A stretch of 64,000 nucleotides of DNA, from NCBI GenBank assembly GCA_965218295.1, contig CBDCKN010000013.1:192001-256000 (forward strand), in the 5' to 3' direction. A program made the position numbers and the translations under genes. The notes beneath the pieces were generated by a model, which saw nothing but the letters and a program-made list of their open reading frames with translations, was not told the origin of the DNA and did not search any database. The stretch comes from Longimicrobiales bacterium. Its GTDB lineage: Bacteria; Gemmatimonadota; Gemmatimonadetes; Longimicrobiales; Gaopeijiaceae. Position 1 is the stretch's first letter. Each line of letters starts with the position of its first letter. Positions 63,238 to 64,000 of the stretch are shown one piece after another.

Positions 63238-64000
63238 TGTACAGAGATGGTAATGACCTGACAGTTGGCCCTCGCCGGAGCTGTGTCTAGGCTGCCTTCG
63301 TCTTAGCCTCCTCCTTCCTGGCCTTTGCGGCCTTCCTGGCGTCGGTGAGACCGGCCTTGAAGACCTGATAGGGCGTGCGGCCCTCCATGGCTCGACCGCG
63401 GTGCGGCCGCTTCCGGTTGTAGGTCTCCAGATACGCCTCGAGGTCCTGCTGCATCTCCTCGACGGTCTCGTACCAGGTGGTGCGGCCCTTCACCCTCAAG
63501 TGCTCGTCGAGGAGCGTGCGGTGGAAGCGCTCGATGAAGCCGTTGGACTGGGGCCTGCCCACCTTCGTCGTGCGGTGCTCGATGTCCTCGAGCTGAAGGA
63601 ACAGCTCATATGGGTGACGGTCCGGACGGCCGCAGAACTCGCGGCCGTTGTCGCTGAGCACGGTCTTCACCCGGACCCGGTGCTCATCGAAGAACGGCAA
63701 CACGTCGTTATTCATCACCTGCACCGCCGTGAGCGGGAGCTTGCTCGTGTAGAGCCGGCCCCAGGCGTAGCGGCTGAAGCAATCGAGCACGGTCTGCAGG
63801 TACACCTTGCCGACCCCCTTCAGCGTTCCGACGAAGAACGTGTCCACGGCGACGAGGTCGCCCGGGTAATGGACTTCGATGTGGCGCTCCCGGAACTCGG
63901 GACTGAAGCGCTCCAGCAGCTCGATCTGCTCGTCGGTCAGCTTCAGCTTCCGTTCCCTGGCCGTCTCTTCGAGCCTGAGCAGCCGTTCGTGCTTCGTGGT
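63238..64000 (-). mobile_element. IS481 family element running off the window (transposase 3' part 63287 to >64000)
   Basis: TGTACA end; VDTFFVG, LSDNGREF, PQSNGFIERFHRT, YNRKRPH. Confidence 0.93.

Overview
GC-rich bacterial DNA that is almost entirely an accessory 'graveyard' of nested mobile elements. The lipoprotein, TonB receptor and TPR style suggests a sponge-type Gemmatimonadota-like symbiont, but this is inference only. Cargo genes include a BCCT transporter, a MatB-like acyl-CoA synthetase, an OprC-like TonB receptor, DinB, and an MMPL/LolA-like/porin trio. Putative defence or toxin-antitoxin genes include higBA, a NucS-like nuclease, an EVE-PD-(D/E)XK nuclease, Fic, DUF4238, a DUF2971-like protein and an hsdS remnant. 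These are interleaved with at least four large P4-type tyrosine integrase genes plus remnants, ColE1/MOB-HEN-like oriT-mobC-relaxase pieces, and many IS copies (IS3, IS256, IS110, IS21, IS481). The main result is that three different IS110-family elements each carry a non-coding end whose bridge/seek-RNA guide segments can be read by eye and match the actual flanking target and the circle junction. One is programmed against the oriT hairpin of an integrase-mobilisable element, one against the terminal inverted repeat of a resident IS256, and one is IS621-like. Empty copies of the first two targets lie elsewhere in the window. Two further cases of element-on-element targeting are visible: an integrase module inserted twice at the same codon of two diverged homologous genes, and att arms joined twice to the same point in integrase 3' ends. 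No CRISPR array, rRNA or complete tRNA is seen. Many single-base frameshifts could be real decay or assembly error. All domain names come from motif recognition, not database searches.
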